A program made the position numbers and the translations under genes. Of a stretch of DNA of 64,000 nt, positions 17,535 through 27,804 are shown in pieces. The DNA lies in contig JACNKR010000048.1 in the NCBI GenBank assembly GCA_014381925.1, positions 313-64,312 on the forward strand, written 5' to 3'. This DNA is from Fidelibacterota bacterium. GTDB taxonomy: Bacteria > Fidelibacterota > Marinisomatia > SCGC-AAA003-L08 > GCA-2689995. Each line of letters starts with the position of its first letter. The first letter of the stretch is position 1. Under the pieces are notes generated by a model. It worked only from the letters and a program-made list of their open reading frames with translations, ran no database searches and was not told the origin of the DNA.

Positions 17535-20324
17535 ATGAATAAATTCCGGCAGTTATATCACTGTCTAATATTAAGTATCTTCATTTTTATTGGTTGTGAA
17601 CAAAAACCATTAATACTAGATTTGGGTGAGGATGGTTTAATTTTAGATGTTATTACCCTTTCACAGTTTAGTACACAAACAGAACAGCCCGATACATTAG
17701 TAATCGGTGAAAGTTTTAAATTATATGTAGGCACCATTGATTCTACTCGAAGTAGTCAAATTCTAATAAATATTAATCCAATCGCTTTACAAAATTCATC
17801 AACATGTAATGATTCAACTCAGGCAATAAGTTCTTATATTGAATTAAGGTCAACTTCTGAAATATACCATATTGTTGGTGATGAAAATGAAAACCCAGTA
17901 ATAGATTTAAATAAACAGTTTGGTATAGATTCGACTCAATATAATGCATGTTTTATTCCAAACTTGGATTCAATATATAATTGGGATAATAATTCAATAA
18001 ATATATCAAATGATTTTAATCCTAATTTGGGTAATGATATTATTCCATTAGAGATTTCAATATCTCAATTTGGTTTAAAAATTTATTTAGATTCGATATT
18101 ATCAACAACCAGTATTTGTGATTTTAATGAGCCAATTCATATTTTATTACATGATGGTCAGGTTGGTAGATTAACAGAATTTTTTTCAACTGAATTTTAT
18201 GGTACTACACTTGGACCAAGAGTAAATACAGATATTGAAGTAATTTTAACAGAAGAGATTCAATTGGATAGATTTTCAATAAACACAGTGAACCCAAGTT
18301 TCCTTAATGAAAATGATTATGAAATTGAACAAGATATCGATGGAAATGTTACAGGAATATTTAAAAGTAAAATTCCGGATATTATTATTGATTCTTTGAA
18401 TGTGGTTGCTTGGTCTGATACAGCAAAAGAAATTGAATTATTTAAAATAGATTTAGAATTAGAAAATATTTTATTGGATAGCTTGGGAATAGTAAATTTA
18501 TTTTTTCATAGTCTAAATTTTTCAAATTCAAGTTTAACATGGGCGGATGATCTTGATGATCCTGCTTCAGATAATTGGAATATTATAGATTCTACTGGTA
18601 CTGAAAATAATGAGATTTGGGACTTTGGTGAATATTTTGAAGATTGTGGAAATGACGGAGTTTGTGATATCGATGAACTAGGGTATAATCCTGTAGGGAC
18701 TGAAAACAATGAAGTTTATGATTATGGTGAATACTTTGATGATTTTGGTACAGATGGTTTGCCTGATTCATTAGAAGAGAATTATCATGTTTTGGACAAT
18801 CCTGATCCAAGTAATGATAATTATTTAATTGATCCTAATAATGATAATTGGGGAAATACTTTATTATATGATTCATCAATTATAATTTCTCAGGAAATAG
18901 ATTCCGTTGATTGTTATTTGGAATATTTTGGCACTGAATATCATACTTGGTTAACAAGTAGTAACGCTAATCTTGACTTATTAAATTCATGGTGCGGAGA
19001 TCTACCTAATAATAATTGTTCTTCTTGTGATACATTATATAAAGTAATTGAATTTTTTAATAGTGGAACAGAAGGAAATGGTATTTGGGATTTAGGGGAA
19101 GACTTTTTAGATTTAGGTTTTGATAATTATCCTGAAAATATTGAAAATAATGATGATCAAGAAGGTAATGGTATTTGGGATTTTGATGATTTAAATGATA
19201 ATGGTATTTGGGACTATGGTGAGCCTCATGAAAGCTGGGCTGATTGCGGAATAGATAATTTATGTGATTTAGATGAAGCAGGATATAATCCAAATGGTTC
19301 AGAAAATAATTTATTTTATGACTTGGGAGAATTATTTTTAGATTGTGGTATAGATGGAGTTTGTGAGGAATCACCAGATATTTTTGATGATTATAATATT
19401 GACCCAAATGGAGATAATTGGAGTTATGAAGATTCAACGGGTACTGAATTGAATAGTTTATTAGATGAAGGTGAATTTTGGCGAGACTGGGGAGTTGATC
19501 AATTACCTGATTCTTTAGAAAATTCAATTATTTCAAATGGAGGGAGTTTAAATATTTCTACAGGTACCAATAACTGGGAGTTTGAAAAGTATGAAATTAT
19601 TGACACCATTTTTGCTCGACCTGAATTAACTAGTAATGATGATATCGTAATTTGGGTTTCATCAATAGTGGGTAGCCAAAATAATTATCATATTGGTATA
19701 TCTATTTATTCTTTAAAAAATATTACACAATTTGAAATTGGAGTAAACCATATTCCTTTCTTTGATTATGAAGAAAATATTGTACAAGAAACAAAAATAA
19801 ATACAAATTATACTCTTGATCCTATTGATGAAATTAATTTTATCAATGATATTTCTGCTTACCCTAAAGTAATAATAAATGAAAATGATTCTAATAATTT
19901 TCATATTAATTATAGTGATAATTTTATATCAAAAATTGAAATACCTAATCTTGACTCATTAATATTATCAAATCAAAATATGTCTGTATCACAAGCCATT
20001 TTACATTTAACAATTGATACAACAAATATTAATTATCATATAAATGAAAATGGAATAAAAATATTATTTAGTAAATTTAATAATCTGACTTCAGATGTAT
20101 TTAGTAATGAAAAAACATTATTGTACTCAAAAGTAGTTAAGCATGAAACAAAATTAGATATAGATTTTACAACTGAAATGCAACGATTATTGACGGATGA
20201 GTCCAATAATTATGGATTTATTCTTGAAGCAAGCGGTGAGTCCAATAATTTTTCACAACTCACATTCTACAATGAATCAGATTCTTTATTTAAACCCACG
20301 TTGGAAATTATGTTAATTAAATGA
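17535..20324 (+). CDS. Large lipoprotein (DUF4270-like by architecture and context) with an internal acidic repeat insert
   Basis: Lipobox FIGC; N-terminal LYVG..DS; C-terminal DFT..MQ..L....NYGFIL....FY.......KPTLEI; directly follows the truncated glgA. Confidence 0.6.
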   Translation: MNKFRQLYHCLILSIFIFIGCEQKPLILDLGEDGLILDVITLSQFSTQTEQPDTLVIGESFKLYVGTIDSTRSSQILININPIALQNSSTCNDSTQAISSYIELRSTSEIYHIVGDENENPVIDLNKQFGIDSTQYNACFIPNLDSIYNWDNNSINISNDFNPNLGNDIIPLEISISQFGLKIYLDSILSTTSICDFNEPIHILLHDGQVGRLTEFFSTEFYGTTLGPRVNTDIEVILTEEIQLDRFSINTVNPSFLNENDYEIEQDIDGNVTGIFKSKIPDIIIDSLNVVAWSDTAKEIELFKIDLELENILLDSLGIVNLFFHSLNFSNSSLTWADDLDDPASDNWNIIDSTGTENNEIWDFGEYFEDCGNDGVCDIDELGYNPVGTENNEVYDYGEYFDDFGTDGLPDSLEENYHVLDNPDPSNDNYLIDPNNDNWGNTLLYDSSIIISQEIDSVDCYLEYFGTEYHTWLTSSNANLDLLNSWCGDLPNNNCSSCDTLYKVIEFFNSGTEGNGIWDLGEDFLDLGFDNYPENIENNDDQEGNGIWDFDDLNDNGIWDYGEPHESWADCGIDNLCDLDEAGYNPNGSENNLFYDLGELFLDCGIDGVCEESPDIFDDYNIDPNGDNWSYEDSTGTELNSLLDEGEFWRDWGVDQLPDSLENSIISNGGSLNISTGTNNWEFEKYEIIDTIFARPELTSNDDIVIWVSSIVGSQNNYHIGISIYSLKNITQFEIGVNHIPFFDYEENIVQETKINTNYTLDPIDEINFINDISAYPKVIINENDSNNFHINYSDNFISKIEIPNLDSLILSNQNMSVSQAILHLTIDTTNINYHINENGIKILFSKFNNLTSDVFSNEKTLLYSKVVKHETKLDIDFTTEMQRLLTDESNNYGFILEASGESNNFSQLTFYNESDSLFKPTLEIMLIK
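18540..19523 (+). repeat. Imperfect intragenic acidic repeats (GTE.N..WD.GE.F.D.G.D; DP..DNW)
   Basis: About six copies, e.g. GTENNEIWDFGEYFEDCGND, GTENNEVYDYGEYFDDFGTD, GTEGNGIWDLGEDFLDLGFD, GSENNLFYDLGELFLDCGID, GTELNSLLDEGEFWRDWGVD; DNA-level repeat AATGGTATTTGGGA three times. Confidence 0.85.
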
Positions 20325-21544
20325 AAACTATATTTGTAATATTTATAGGATTACTATTTTCTCAAGCATCTGTATTGAGCTTTAATGGATTTGGTGAAAA
20401 TCAAAATTACCAAAATCCCGCCAATGCAGGATCAGGGCAAATGAGATTATTTTCAACATCTTATAATTCTGGTGCATCTACCGCACTTGCAACTATTTAT
20501 AGAGACTCTTTTACAAAATTAAAAATATCTAGCCAGATTCAAAATTTGAACTCAAATAATGCTGTGAATCTTATTACTCAAGGGTTGGATTTATTAAGTG
20601 TTTCATTTCCAATAGATAATGATAAAGCGTTTCAAATTTCTTTATCACCTCAGTATTGGTCACAATATTCAATTAATGAAAATAAAAATATAGAAACTGT
20701 AGAATTTGATGGCGAAAATTATGCATTTAAGTCAAATTATTATGGTCGTGGTGGGTATTCAGATTTAGGTTTGGTTTGGTCTCAAAAAATAAATGAACAC
20801 TTTTCGTATGGGCTTGGCATGAGCTCATATTTTGGCAATAGATTTCAATCAGATTCAACATTTACATATAATATTTTCCTTAATTCGGATGAAGAAGAAG
20901 TAATAACTCCAAAATCAATCTCTATTTTAAATACGACTAATCATTATCAAGGTTATGGGTTAAAAATGGATTTATTAACTTATTATCAAAAATTTGAAAT
21001 TGGTTTTTCCATTGAGACAATTGGACCTTTTAAAATTGAACAAAAAAAATATTATTCTGTTGGATTAAGTCAGACAAATATTAATAAAATAAAAATACCA
21101 AATTTAAGTAATCGAATTTTATTTGGAATTAAATATAATTTTACTGACCAATTTGCTTGTATGATCGAAAATGATATACAAAAATGGTCAATTATAGATG
21201 ATTCATATATGATATTAAATTCTCAAAATTATAATTTAAATAGATTTTCTCTTGGATCTTATTATCATCATATAAATAAATCCATTGGGTTTTATCAATC
21301 AATTACATTTAGAGGAGGTTTATTTATTAAGTCTTGGGAAAATCAAGTAACAAAGCAAAAAATTACAGATTTTGGCCTAACATTAGGTACTGGAATAAAT
21401 TATAATAATAATTCAAATAGTATTAGTTTCTCATTAGTCTTTGGTGAACGGAAATTTGATATTTATGGAATTACTAAAGAGCAGTATTTTGATTTTATTC
21501 TTGGATTTGAAGTCGGTGAAAAATGGTTTATTAGAAAAAAGTAA
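20321..21544 (+). CDS. Outer-membrane beta-barrel protein, FadL/PorV-like superfamily
   Basis: Signal peptide, S.LS..GFGE N-terminus, NPA motif, G.GG strand, FRGG, C-terminal GEKWFIRKK. Confidence 0.75.
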   Translation: MKTIFVIFIGLLFSQASVLSFNGFGENQNYQNPANAGSGQMRLFSTSYNSGASTALATIYRDSFTKLKISSQIQNLNSNNAVNLITQGLDLLSVSFPIDNDKAFQISLSPQYWSQYSINENKNIETVEFDGENYAFKSNYYGRGGYSDLGLVWSQKINEHFSYGLGMSSYFGNRFQSDSTFTYNIFLNSDEEEVITPKSISILNTTNHYQGYGLKMDLLTYYQKFEIGFSIETIGPFKIEQKKYYSVGLSQTNINKIKIPNLSNRILFGIKYNFTDQFACMIENDIQKWSIIDDSYMILNSQNYNLNRFSLGSYYHHINKSIGFYQSITFRGGLFIKSWENQVTKQKITDFGLTLGTGINYNNNSNSISFSLVFGERKFDIYGITKEQYFDFILGFEVGEKWFIRKK

Positions 21545-21562
21545 TTATTTAAAGGAATAAGT

Positions 21563-22795
21563 TTGAAGAAATTTTTAACAATTATATTGATATTTTTAAG
21601 TGTTTTTGCATGTGTCCCACCTGAAAATCCGGGTGCTGAGAGTTCTGCAGGACTATTATCACCAGAAGAAATTGAAGAGAGAAATCAGGAGTGTGATTTA
21701 TATTTAAGTTTTGCACATACTAATTATTCAAACCATGAATATGAAGATGCTCTAGAAAATTTTAATGAAGTAATTAATTTTGGTTGCTCGGATAGAAATG
21801 CTGAAGATATATTTTCGTGGATGGGAAGGGCATATATAGAGCAAGGGAAAAATGATTCTGCTAGCTTTATATTTAAAAAAGGGATGAAATATTTAGATTC
21901 TAATTCAGAGTTTTTAGAAGTTTATGCTTGGAATGAGGGTAAATTGAACAATGTTGAAAACCAAATTTATTTACTTGAAAAACAATTAGCATTAGATGAA
22001 AAAAATGTTAGTGTATTAGAAAAATTAAGTGATATTTATAGTGAAAATGGTAATTATAAAGAACAGTTAAATATATTATCCTTATGGTTAAAAATTTCTC
22101 CTGAAAACCAAAAAGCTATAGGTGAAAAAAAGGTAGCTTATGGTGAATTAGGTTTGGATGAATCTACAGTTGATAGAGAAAGATGGGAGCAAAATCCATC
22201 AAATATTCAATATGGTTTGGAATATGTAAATGGTTTAAATGACCAGGGATTAGAAGAAGATATGGTTTCTGTTTTAAAAGAATTATTGACTTATGATAGA
22301 GGAAATAAAAAAGTTTTAAAATTATTGGGTGAAACTTATATCTCTTTAAGTAGGGATAATGAAGCATTAGATACTTATACTAATTTATATAATGTCAATA
22401 AATCAGATTATACCGTTTCGTTGGAAATTGCAAAAATTTATGCAGTCCTTGAAGAATATGAAAATGCTTATAATTGGGTTGAAAAGGCAATAAATATTAG
22501 TGGTGGAAAAGGGGAAACTTATTTTCAAAGAGCAGAAGTGATTTTTGAACTTGCAGAGTTTTGTAGTGAAGAAATATTAAGTTTTGAAGATAAAATTGTA
22601 TTTGAAATTTCCTATAATGATTATGTAACCGCTGTTCAAAAAGGATATAAAAGAGCAAAAGCTCGTAAAGATTTTGTAGGAGAAAATAATATTACTAAAT
22701 CTTCAGATTGGTTTATGAGGCCTGACTCTGAAAGAGATTTTACACCCCAAAGCAAATGTTATAAATGGCTAAATAGGTCAATTAAAAGAAAATAA
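21563..22795 (+). CDS. TPR-repeat lipoprotein
   Basis: Lipobox VFAC; multiple helical TPR-like repeats; AAGGA SD with TTG start. Confidence 0.8.
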   Translation: MKKFLTIILIFLSVFACVPPENPGAESSAGLLSPEEIEERNQECDLYLSFAHTNYSNHEYEDALENFNEVINFGCSDRNAEDIFSWMGRAYIEQGKNDSASFIFKKGMKYLDSNSEFLEVYAWNEGKLNNVENQIYLLEKQLALDEKNVSVLEKLSDIYSENGNYKEQLNILSLWLKISPENQKAIGEKKVAYGELGLDESTVDRERWEQNPSNIQYGLEYVNGLNDQGLEEDMVSVLKELLTYDRGNKKVLKLLGETYISLSRDNEALDTYTNLYNVNKSDYTVSLEIAKIYAVLEEYENAYNWVEKAINISGGKGETYFQRAEVIFELAEFCSEEILSFEDKIVFEISYNDYVTAVQKGYKRAKARKDFVGENNITKSSDWFMRPDSERDFTPQSKCYKWLNRSIKRK

Positions 22796-23238
22796 TGGAA
22801 ATTGTATTAGCTACAGATCATGCTGGTTTTGAATTAAAGGAATTAATTAAAAAATATTTAGTTGATTTAGATTATAAAGTTAAAGATTTTGGAGCCTTTG
22901 AATATGAAGGTTCAGATGATTATCCTGATTTTATTGCCCCAGCATCAAAATATATTTCAGAAAACTCTGATATTATGGGAATAATATTCGGAGGATCTGG
23001 TCAGGGAGAAGCAATATCTGCAAATAGGTTTAAAAACATCAGAGCCGCTGTTTATTATGGCGGGCCAATTGAATTAATTAAATTATCTCGAATTCACAAT
23101 AATGCTAATATATTATCATTAGGAGCTCGATTTTTATCTTTAGGGGAAGCTAAAAAAGTTATAAATTTATGGCTAAATACTGATTTCGAAGGTGGTAGAC
23201 ATTTAAATCGAATAAATAAAATTGATGAATTAAGTTAA
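22795..23238 (+). CDS. rpiB: Ribose-5-phosphate isomerase B family
   Basis: [36 protein letters not shown]. Confidence 0.93.
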   Translation: MEIVLATDHAGFELKELIKKYLVDLDYKVKDFGAFEYEGSDDYPDFIAPASKYISENSDIMGIIFGGSGQGEAISANRFKNIRAAVYYGGPIELIKLSRIHNNANILSLGARFLSLGEAKKVINLWLNTDFEGGRHLNRINKIDELS

Positions 23239-23239
23239 A

Positions 23240-24553
23240 ATGACTATAAATATTCAAGATACATTAGTGAAAAAATCTATTGAAAGAGAAATTGATAGAC
23301 AGCGAAATACTCTTGAGATGATTGCGTCGGAAAACTTTACTAGCCCTGCTGTTATGGCTGTTGTTGGTTCAATTTTGACAAATAAATATGCTGAAGGATA
23401 TCCAGGAAAAAGATATTATGGCGGATGTGAATTTGTTGATGAAGTGGAAAATATTGCTATAGATAGAGCAAAAAAATTATTTAATTGTGAATATGCTAAT
23501 GTACAACCTCATTCAGGTTCACAAGCTAATATGGGGGTGTTTCAAGCGATATTGAAACCTGGCGATACTGTACTTGGATTGAATTTAGCTCATGGTGGTC
23601 ATTTAACACATGGAAGCCCTGTAAATTTTTCAGGGAAATTATATAATTTTATTTCGTATGGTGTGGAACAAAAATCAGGTAGAGTTGATTTTGTAAATGT
23701 TTTAGAATTAGCAAAAAAATATAAACCCAAACTAATAATTTGTGGAGGAAGTGCGTATCCTCGATTTATTGAATTTGAACAATTTAGAGTAATAGCTGAT
23801 GAAGTTAATGCATTTTTAATGGCAGATATTGCACATCCTGCAGGATTAATCGCTACAGGAATACATCCTTCTCCATGGCCACATTGCCATTTTGTTACAT
23901 CGACAACTCATAAAACATTAAGGGGGCCTAGAGGTGGATTAATATTAATGGGTAAGGACTTTGAAAATACTTGGGGTCAAATTGCATTAAAATCAGGTCG
24001 AATAAAAATGGTTTCAGAATTAATTGATAGTGCAATTATGCCAGGAATTCAGGGTGGTCCATTAATGCATGTTATTGCGGGGAAAGCCATTGCATTTGGT
24101 GAAGCATTAACTAATGAGTTTAGTTTATATTGTCAAAAAATTGTTGAAAATTCAACTTTTTTAGCACAGGAGTTACAAAATAAAAATTTCAATTTAATTA
24201 CAGGTGGAACGGATACACATGTAATATTATTAGATTTATCAAATAAAAATATTTCTGGTAAAAAAGCAGAGCGAATTTTAGAAAATGCTGGAATAACAAC
24301 AAATAAAAATATGGTTCCATTTGATAAAAAGAGTCCTATGATAACGAGCGGTATTAGAATTGGTACTCCAGCTTTAACCACACGTGGTATGGGGTTAAAT
24401 GAAATGAAAAAAATTGCAGATTGGATTGAACAAATTATTAATAATCATGATAATGATAAATTAATAATTTCAATCCGTCAAGATGTTAAAAATTTATGTG
24501 ATAAATTTCCATTATATGAGGCTGAAGATGAAATGTACAAATTGTCAACATAA
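23240..24553 (+). CDS. glyA: Serine hydroxymethyltransferase
   Basis: [41 protein letters not shown]. Confidence 0.98.
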   Translation: MTINIQDTLVKKSIEREIDRQRNTLEMIASENFTSPAVMAVVGSILTNKYAEGYPGKRYYGGCEFVDEVENIAIDRAKKLFNCEYANVQPHSGSQANMGVFQAILKPGDTVLGLNLAHGGHLTHGSPVNFSGKLYNFISYGVEQKSGRVDFVNVLELAKKYKPKLIICGGSAYPRFIEFEQFRVIADEVNAFLMADIAHPAGLIATGIHPSPWPHCHFVTSTTHKTLRGPRGGLILMGKDFENTWGQIALKSGRIKMVSELIDSAIMPGIQGGPLMHVIAGKAIAFGEALTNEFSLYCQKIVENSTFLAQELQNKNFNLITGGTDTHVILLDLSNKNISGKKAERILENAGITTNKNMVPFDKKSPMITSGIRIGTPALTTRGMGLNEMKKIADWIEQIINNHDNDKLIISIRQDVKNLCDKFPLYEAEDEMYKLST

Positions 24554-24977
24554 TGAATCAAAAGTTGTTGATTCTCGTTCAGCACAAACGGGGACTAGTA
24601 TCCGACGACGAAGAGAATGTTTAGGCTGTGGTTTTAGGTTTACAACCTATGAATATATTTTACCTACCCCTGCGATGGTTCTTAAGAAAAATGGACTACA
24701 GGAAGAATATGATCGTAAAAAATTAATTAATAGTTTTCATTTAGCATGTAAAAAGCGACCAGTTTCAGAGGAAGATATATTTAAATCAATAAAAATTATA
24801 GAAGATAAGCTTAGTAAATTATCAATAATTGAAGTTGATTCTCGTGAAATAGGTGAACTTGTAATTGAAGAGTTAAAAAAATTAGATAAAATTGCATTTG
24901 TTCGTTTTGCATCTGTTTATCGTGAATTTCAAGATATTGGTGAGTTTCAAGCACATATTGATGATTTATCAAATTAA
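24528..24977 (+). CDS. nrdR: Transcriptional repressor NrdR
   Basis: MKCTNC...VVDSR...[21 protein letters not shown] cone, VRFASVY; start moved to ATG 24528. Confidence 0.95.
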   Translation: MKCTNCQHNESKVVDSRSAQTGTSIRRRRECLGCGFRFTTYEYILPTPAMVLKKNGLQEEYDRKKLINSFHLACKKRPVSEEDIFKSIKIIEDKLSKLSIIEVDSREIGELVIEELKKLDKIAFVRFASVYREFQDIGEFQAHIDDLSN

Positions 24978-24992
24978 AGAATTAATTTTTTA

Positions 24993-25772
24993 ATGCAACG
25001 GATAATATTATTTCCTGTTAATTTTGTTATCGATTTTTTTGAAGGGATTGGTCGTTACACATTATTAATGATTTCAATGTTTCGTTCTATAGGCTCATGG
25101 TCATCTTTTTTTTCTCGCACAATAGATCAAATGGTAACTATTGGAATAAAGTCAATTCCAATAGTAATGTTAACATCTTTTTTTTCTGGAATGGTTACAT
25201 CTGTTCAGTCTGCTTATCAAATTACAAGTAGTTTTATTCCTCCAGAGACAATAGGAAGTATAGTTGGTGAATCTATTCTTTTAGAACTAGCACCCGTAAT
25301 TTCAGCATTAGTATTAACAGGTAGAGTTGGGGCAACAATTACTGCGGAAATTGGCACTATGCGTGTGACCGAGCAAATAGATGCTTTAGAATCTTTGTCA
25401 TTTGATCCTATTTCTTTTCTTATTTTACCACGAGTTATTTCTGGAATTATAATGTTTCCTATATTAATTATTATTGCTGATTATTGTGGAATTACTGGAG
25501 GTTGGATTTCTGTCATTTTTGATCCCGATATTAATGTAACTTCATTTCAATTTTTTGATGGATTTAAACAGTGGTTTAAAGTCTGGGATGCTTGGTTCGG
25601 GTTAATTAAAGCATTATTTTTTGGGTTTGCGATAACTTCAATTGCATGTTATCATGGTTATTATACTGAAGGTGGTGCCGCTGGTGTAGGAAAATCAACA
25701 ACAATTAGTGTGGTATCATCATGTGTAGCAGTTGTTTTTCTTGATTATCTATTATCGTCAATATTATTATGA
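24993..25772 (+). CDS. mlaE: MlaE-family ABC permease
   Basis: ELAPV, GRVGA.ITAEIGTMRVTEQIDAL, GGAAGVG. Confidence 0.93.
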   Translation: MQRIILFPVNFVIDFFEGIGRYTLLMISMFRSIGSWSSFFSRTIDQMVTIGIKSIPIVMLTSFFSGMVTSVQSAYQITSSFIPPETIGSIVGESILLELAPVISALVLTGRVGATITAEIGTMRVTEQIDALESLSFDPISFLILPRVISGIIMFPILIIIADYCGITGGWISVIFDPDINVTSFQFFDGFKQWFKVWDAWFGLIKALFFGFAITSIACYHGYYTEGGAAGVGKSTTISVVSSCVAVVFLDYLLSSILL

Positions 25773-26518
25773 TTAATATTAAACAATTATGTAAATCTTT
25801 TGGAAATAATCGAGTTTTAAATAATATAACTTTTGATATGGTTGAAGGACAGTCACTGGCGATTGTTGGTCAAAGTGGTACAGGTAAAAGTGTTTTATTA
25901 AAGAATATGATTGGTTTAATGAAGCCTGATTCAGGAGAAGTTTGGATTGATGATGAATTAATTAGTAGTTTATCTTTTAAACAACTTCAAAAAGTAAGAA
26001 CTAAAATTGGAATGGTTTTTCAATCGGGAGCATTGTTTGATTCTTTAACCGTCGGCGATAATATTGGCTTAGGGTTAAAAAAACTAACAATTTTAAACAT
26101 TAATGAACAAAAAGATCGAATATTAGAATCCTTATCCGAAGTAAATTTGGAAGGAACCGAAAATTTAATGCCTGCTGAACTTTCGGGAGGTATGAGAAAA
26201 AGAGTTGGGATTGCACGAGCAATAGCAATTAGACCTAAATATTTATTTTATGATGAACCAACAACGGGTCTTGATCCAATTATGACTGATATAATAAATA
26301 AATTGATAGTAAAATTTCAAAAAGAATATAATATGACATCTTTAATAATAACACATGAAACAAAAACAATTTTTGATGTTGCAGAAAAAGTAATTATGTT
26401 AGATGATGGAAAAATTATATATAATGGTGAAACAAATAAAATTAAAGAAAATGAAACACCACTAATTAAACGGTTTTTTACAGGTAATAGTGAAATGAAT
26501 GTAGGGAGTAAATTATGA
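25769..26518 (+). CDS. mlaF: MlaF-family ABC ATPase
   Basis: GQSGTGKS, MVFQSGALFDS, LSGGMRKRV, YDEPTTGLDP. Confidence 0.92.
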   Translation: MINIKQLCKSFGNNRVLNNITFDMVEGQSLAIVGQSGTGKSVLLKNMIGLMKPDSGEVWIDDELISSLSFKQLQKVRTKIGMVFQSGALFDSLTVGDNIGLGLKKLTILNINEQKDRILESLSEVNLEGTENLMPAELSGGMRKRVGIARAIAIRPKYLFYDEPTTGLDPIMTDIINKLIVKFQKEYNMTSLIITHETKTIFDVAEKVIMLDDGKIIYNGETNKIKENETPLIKRFFTGNSEMNVGSKL

Positions 26519-27522
26519 AAAAAAGTAAGTTATTTTTTTTGGGGTCAATAATTTTTATATCAATAATTGCATTTGTAATGGGGATATTATACCTACAAGA
26601 TATAAAGTTGCAGAGTTCTAATTTTACTTTTTCAGTCATTTTTGATAGTGCTCAGGGATTGAACGAAGGGAACAATGTTACAATGTTAGGTAAACGAATT
26701 GGTAAAGTAACAAAAACTAGAATTATTGAAGGAAATAAAATTGGTGTTGAGCTTTCAATTGATAATTCATTTGCATTCAAAATTCCAATTGACTCAAAAA
26801 TCCATGTTAAATCTGAGGGGATTTTAGGTGCAAAATATATTTCTATTGAGCCCGGAAAAGATTCTAAACATTCGTTATTGGCTGGTGATATTGTGGAAGG
26901 AATTCGAGAAGTAGATTTTTCTGAAATTACACCTGGTATTGTACCGCTTACTCAGGATTTAGGGGCTTTTGCTCGTAGATTAAAAGCAACATTGGGAGAA
27001 AAAGAAAAAGAAAATATTCAAAACACTATATCTAATGTTGAAACATTAACAAAAGAAATGGTTGATTTTATTAAGGAATACCGGAATGTTTTGTCTGATG
27101 AAGAGCGTGAAAATATAAAACAATTTACGGAAAATTTAAAGGTTTCTACAGAATCATTTAAAACAGCAACAACTGATTTAGAATTAACATTAAAAAAAGA
27201 TTTACAAAAAGTAGGTGAGGCAATATCTGGACTTAAAAAGTTTACTGAAAAAGCAGATGTTTTTAATGAGTCAATTACTTCCTTAAAGGAAAGCTCAGAA
27301 TTAATAAAGACAGCTTCAGAAAATATTAATACATCATCAAAACAATTTTCTGAAATTGTTAGTAAATTGAATGGTAAAAAAGGTACTTTACCTCGATTAT
27401 TAAATGATGATGCTGTTTATAATCATATTGATAGTTTAGTTTTAAATGTTCAGGCAATTATTACAGATTTTAATGATAATCCCGTAAAGTATATAAAAGC
27501 ATATATTAAAGCTAAAAAGTAA
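26515..27522 (+). CDS. mlaD: MCE/MlaD-family protein with long helical C-terminal region
   Basis: TM helix, GL..G..V...G..IG.V, GILGAKYISIEPG, long amphipathic helices ending NPVKYI. Confidence 0.88.
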   Translation: MKKSKLFFLGSIIFISIIAFVMGILYLQDIKLQSSNFTFSVIFDSAQGLNEGNNVTMLGKRIGKVTKTRIIEGNKIGVELSIDNSFAFKIPIDSKIHVKSEGILGAKYISIEPGKDSKHSLLAGDIVEGIREVDFSEITPGIVPLTQDLGAFARRLKATLGEKEKENIQNTISNVETLTKEMVDFIKEYRNVLSDEERENIKQFTENLKVSTESFKTATTDLELTLKKDLQKVGEAISGLKKFTEKADVFNESITSLKESSELIKTASENINTSSKQFSEIVSKLNGKKGTLPRLLNDDAVYNHIDSLVLNVQAIITDFNDNPVKYIKAYIKAKK

Positions 27523-27523
27523 A

Positions 27524-27727
27524 ATGAAGAAGAATATTAATTTTGCATGTCCAAAGTGTAAAATAATTTTATTTTCAGAAATGAAAAAATGGTATTATTG
27601 TCTTGATTGTAATGAAAAATATCCTGTAAAAGAAAATATTCCAATTTTAATATTTGATTATGCGGAACCTTTATTAAAAGAAGACATTATTGAATGCAAT
27701 CAGAGTTGGAAACAATCAACTGAATAG
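27524..27727 (+). CDS. Trm112-like small zinc-ribbon protein
   Basis: ACPKCK...CLDCNEKYPV.ENIPILI. Confidence 0.7.
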   Translation: MKKNINFACPKCKIILFSEMKKWYYCLDCNEKYPVKENIPILIFDYAEPLLKEDIIECNQSWKQSTE

Positions 27728-27804
27728 GGTAAATTTAAAGTCTTTATTCTAAATTTAAATTAATAATTTGAGTGAAAATTAAACTCAATTTTACAGGGGA
27801 CTTA

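Noticed and set aside
18540-19523. Repeats as a CRISPR array or DGR template/variable repeat
   Set aside because: They are degenerate, in-frame protein repeats with no constant DNA repeat-spacer period, no adenine-specific pattern seen and no cas or RT gene in the window.
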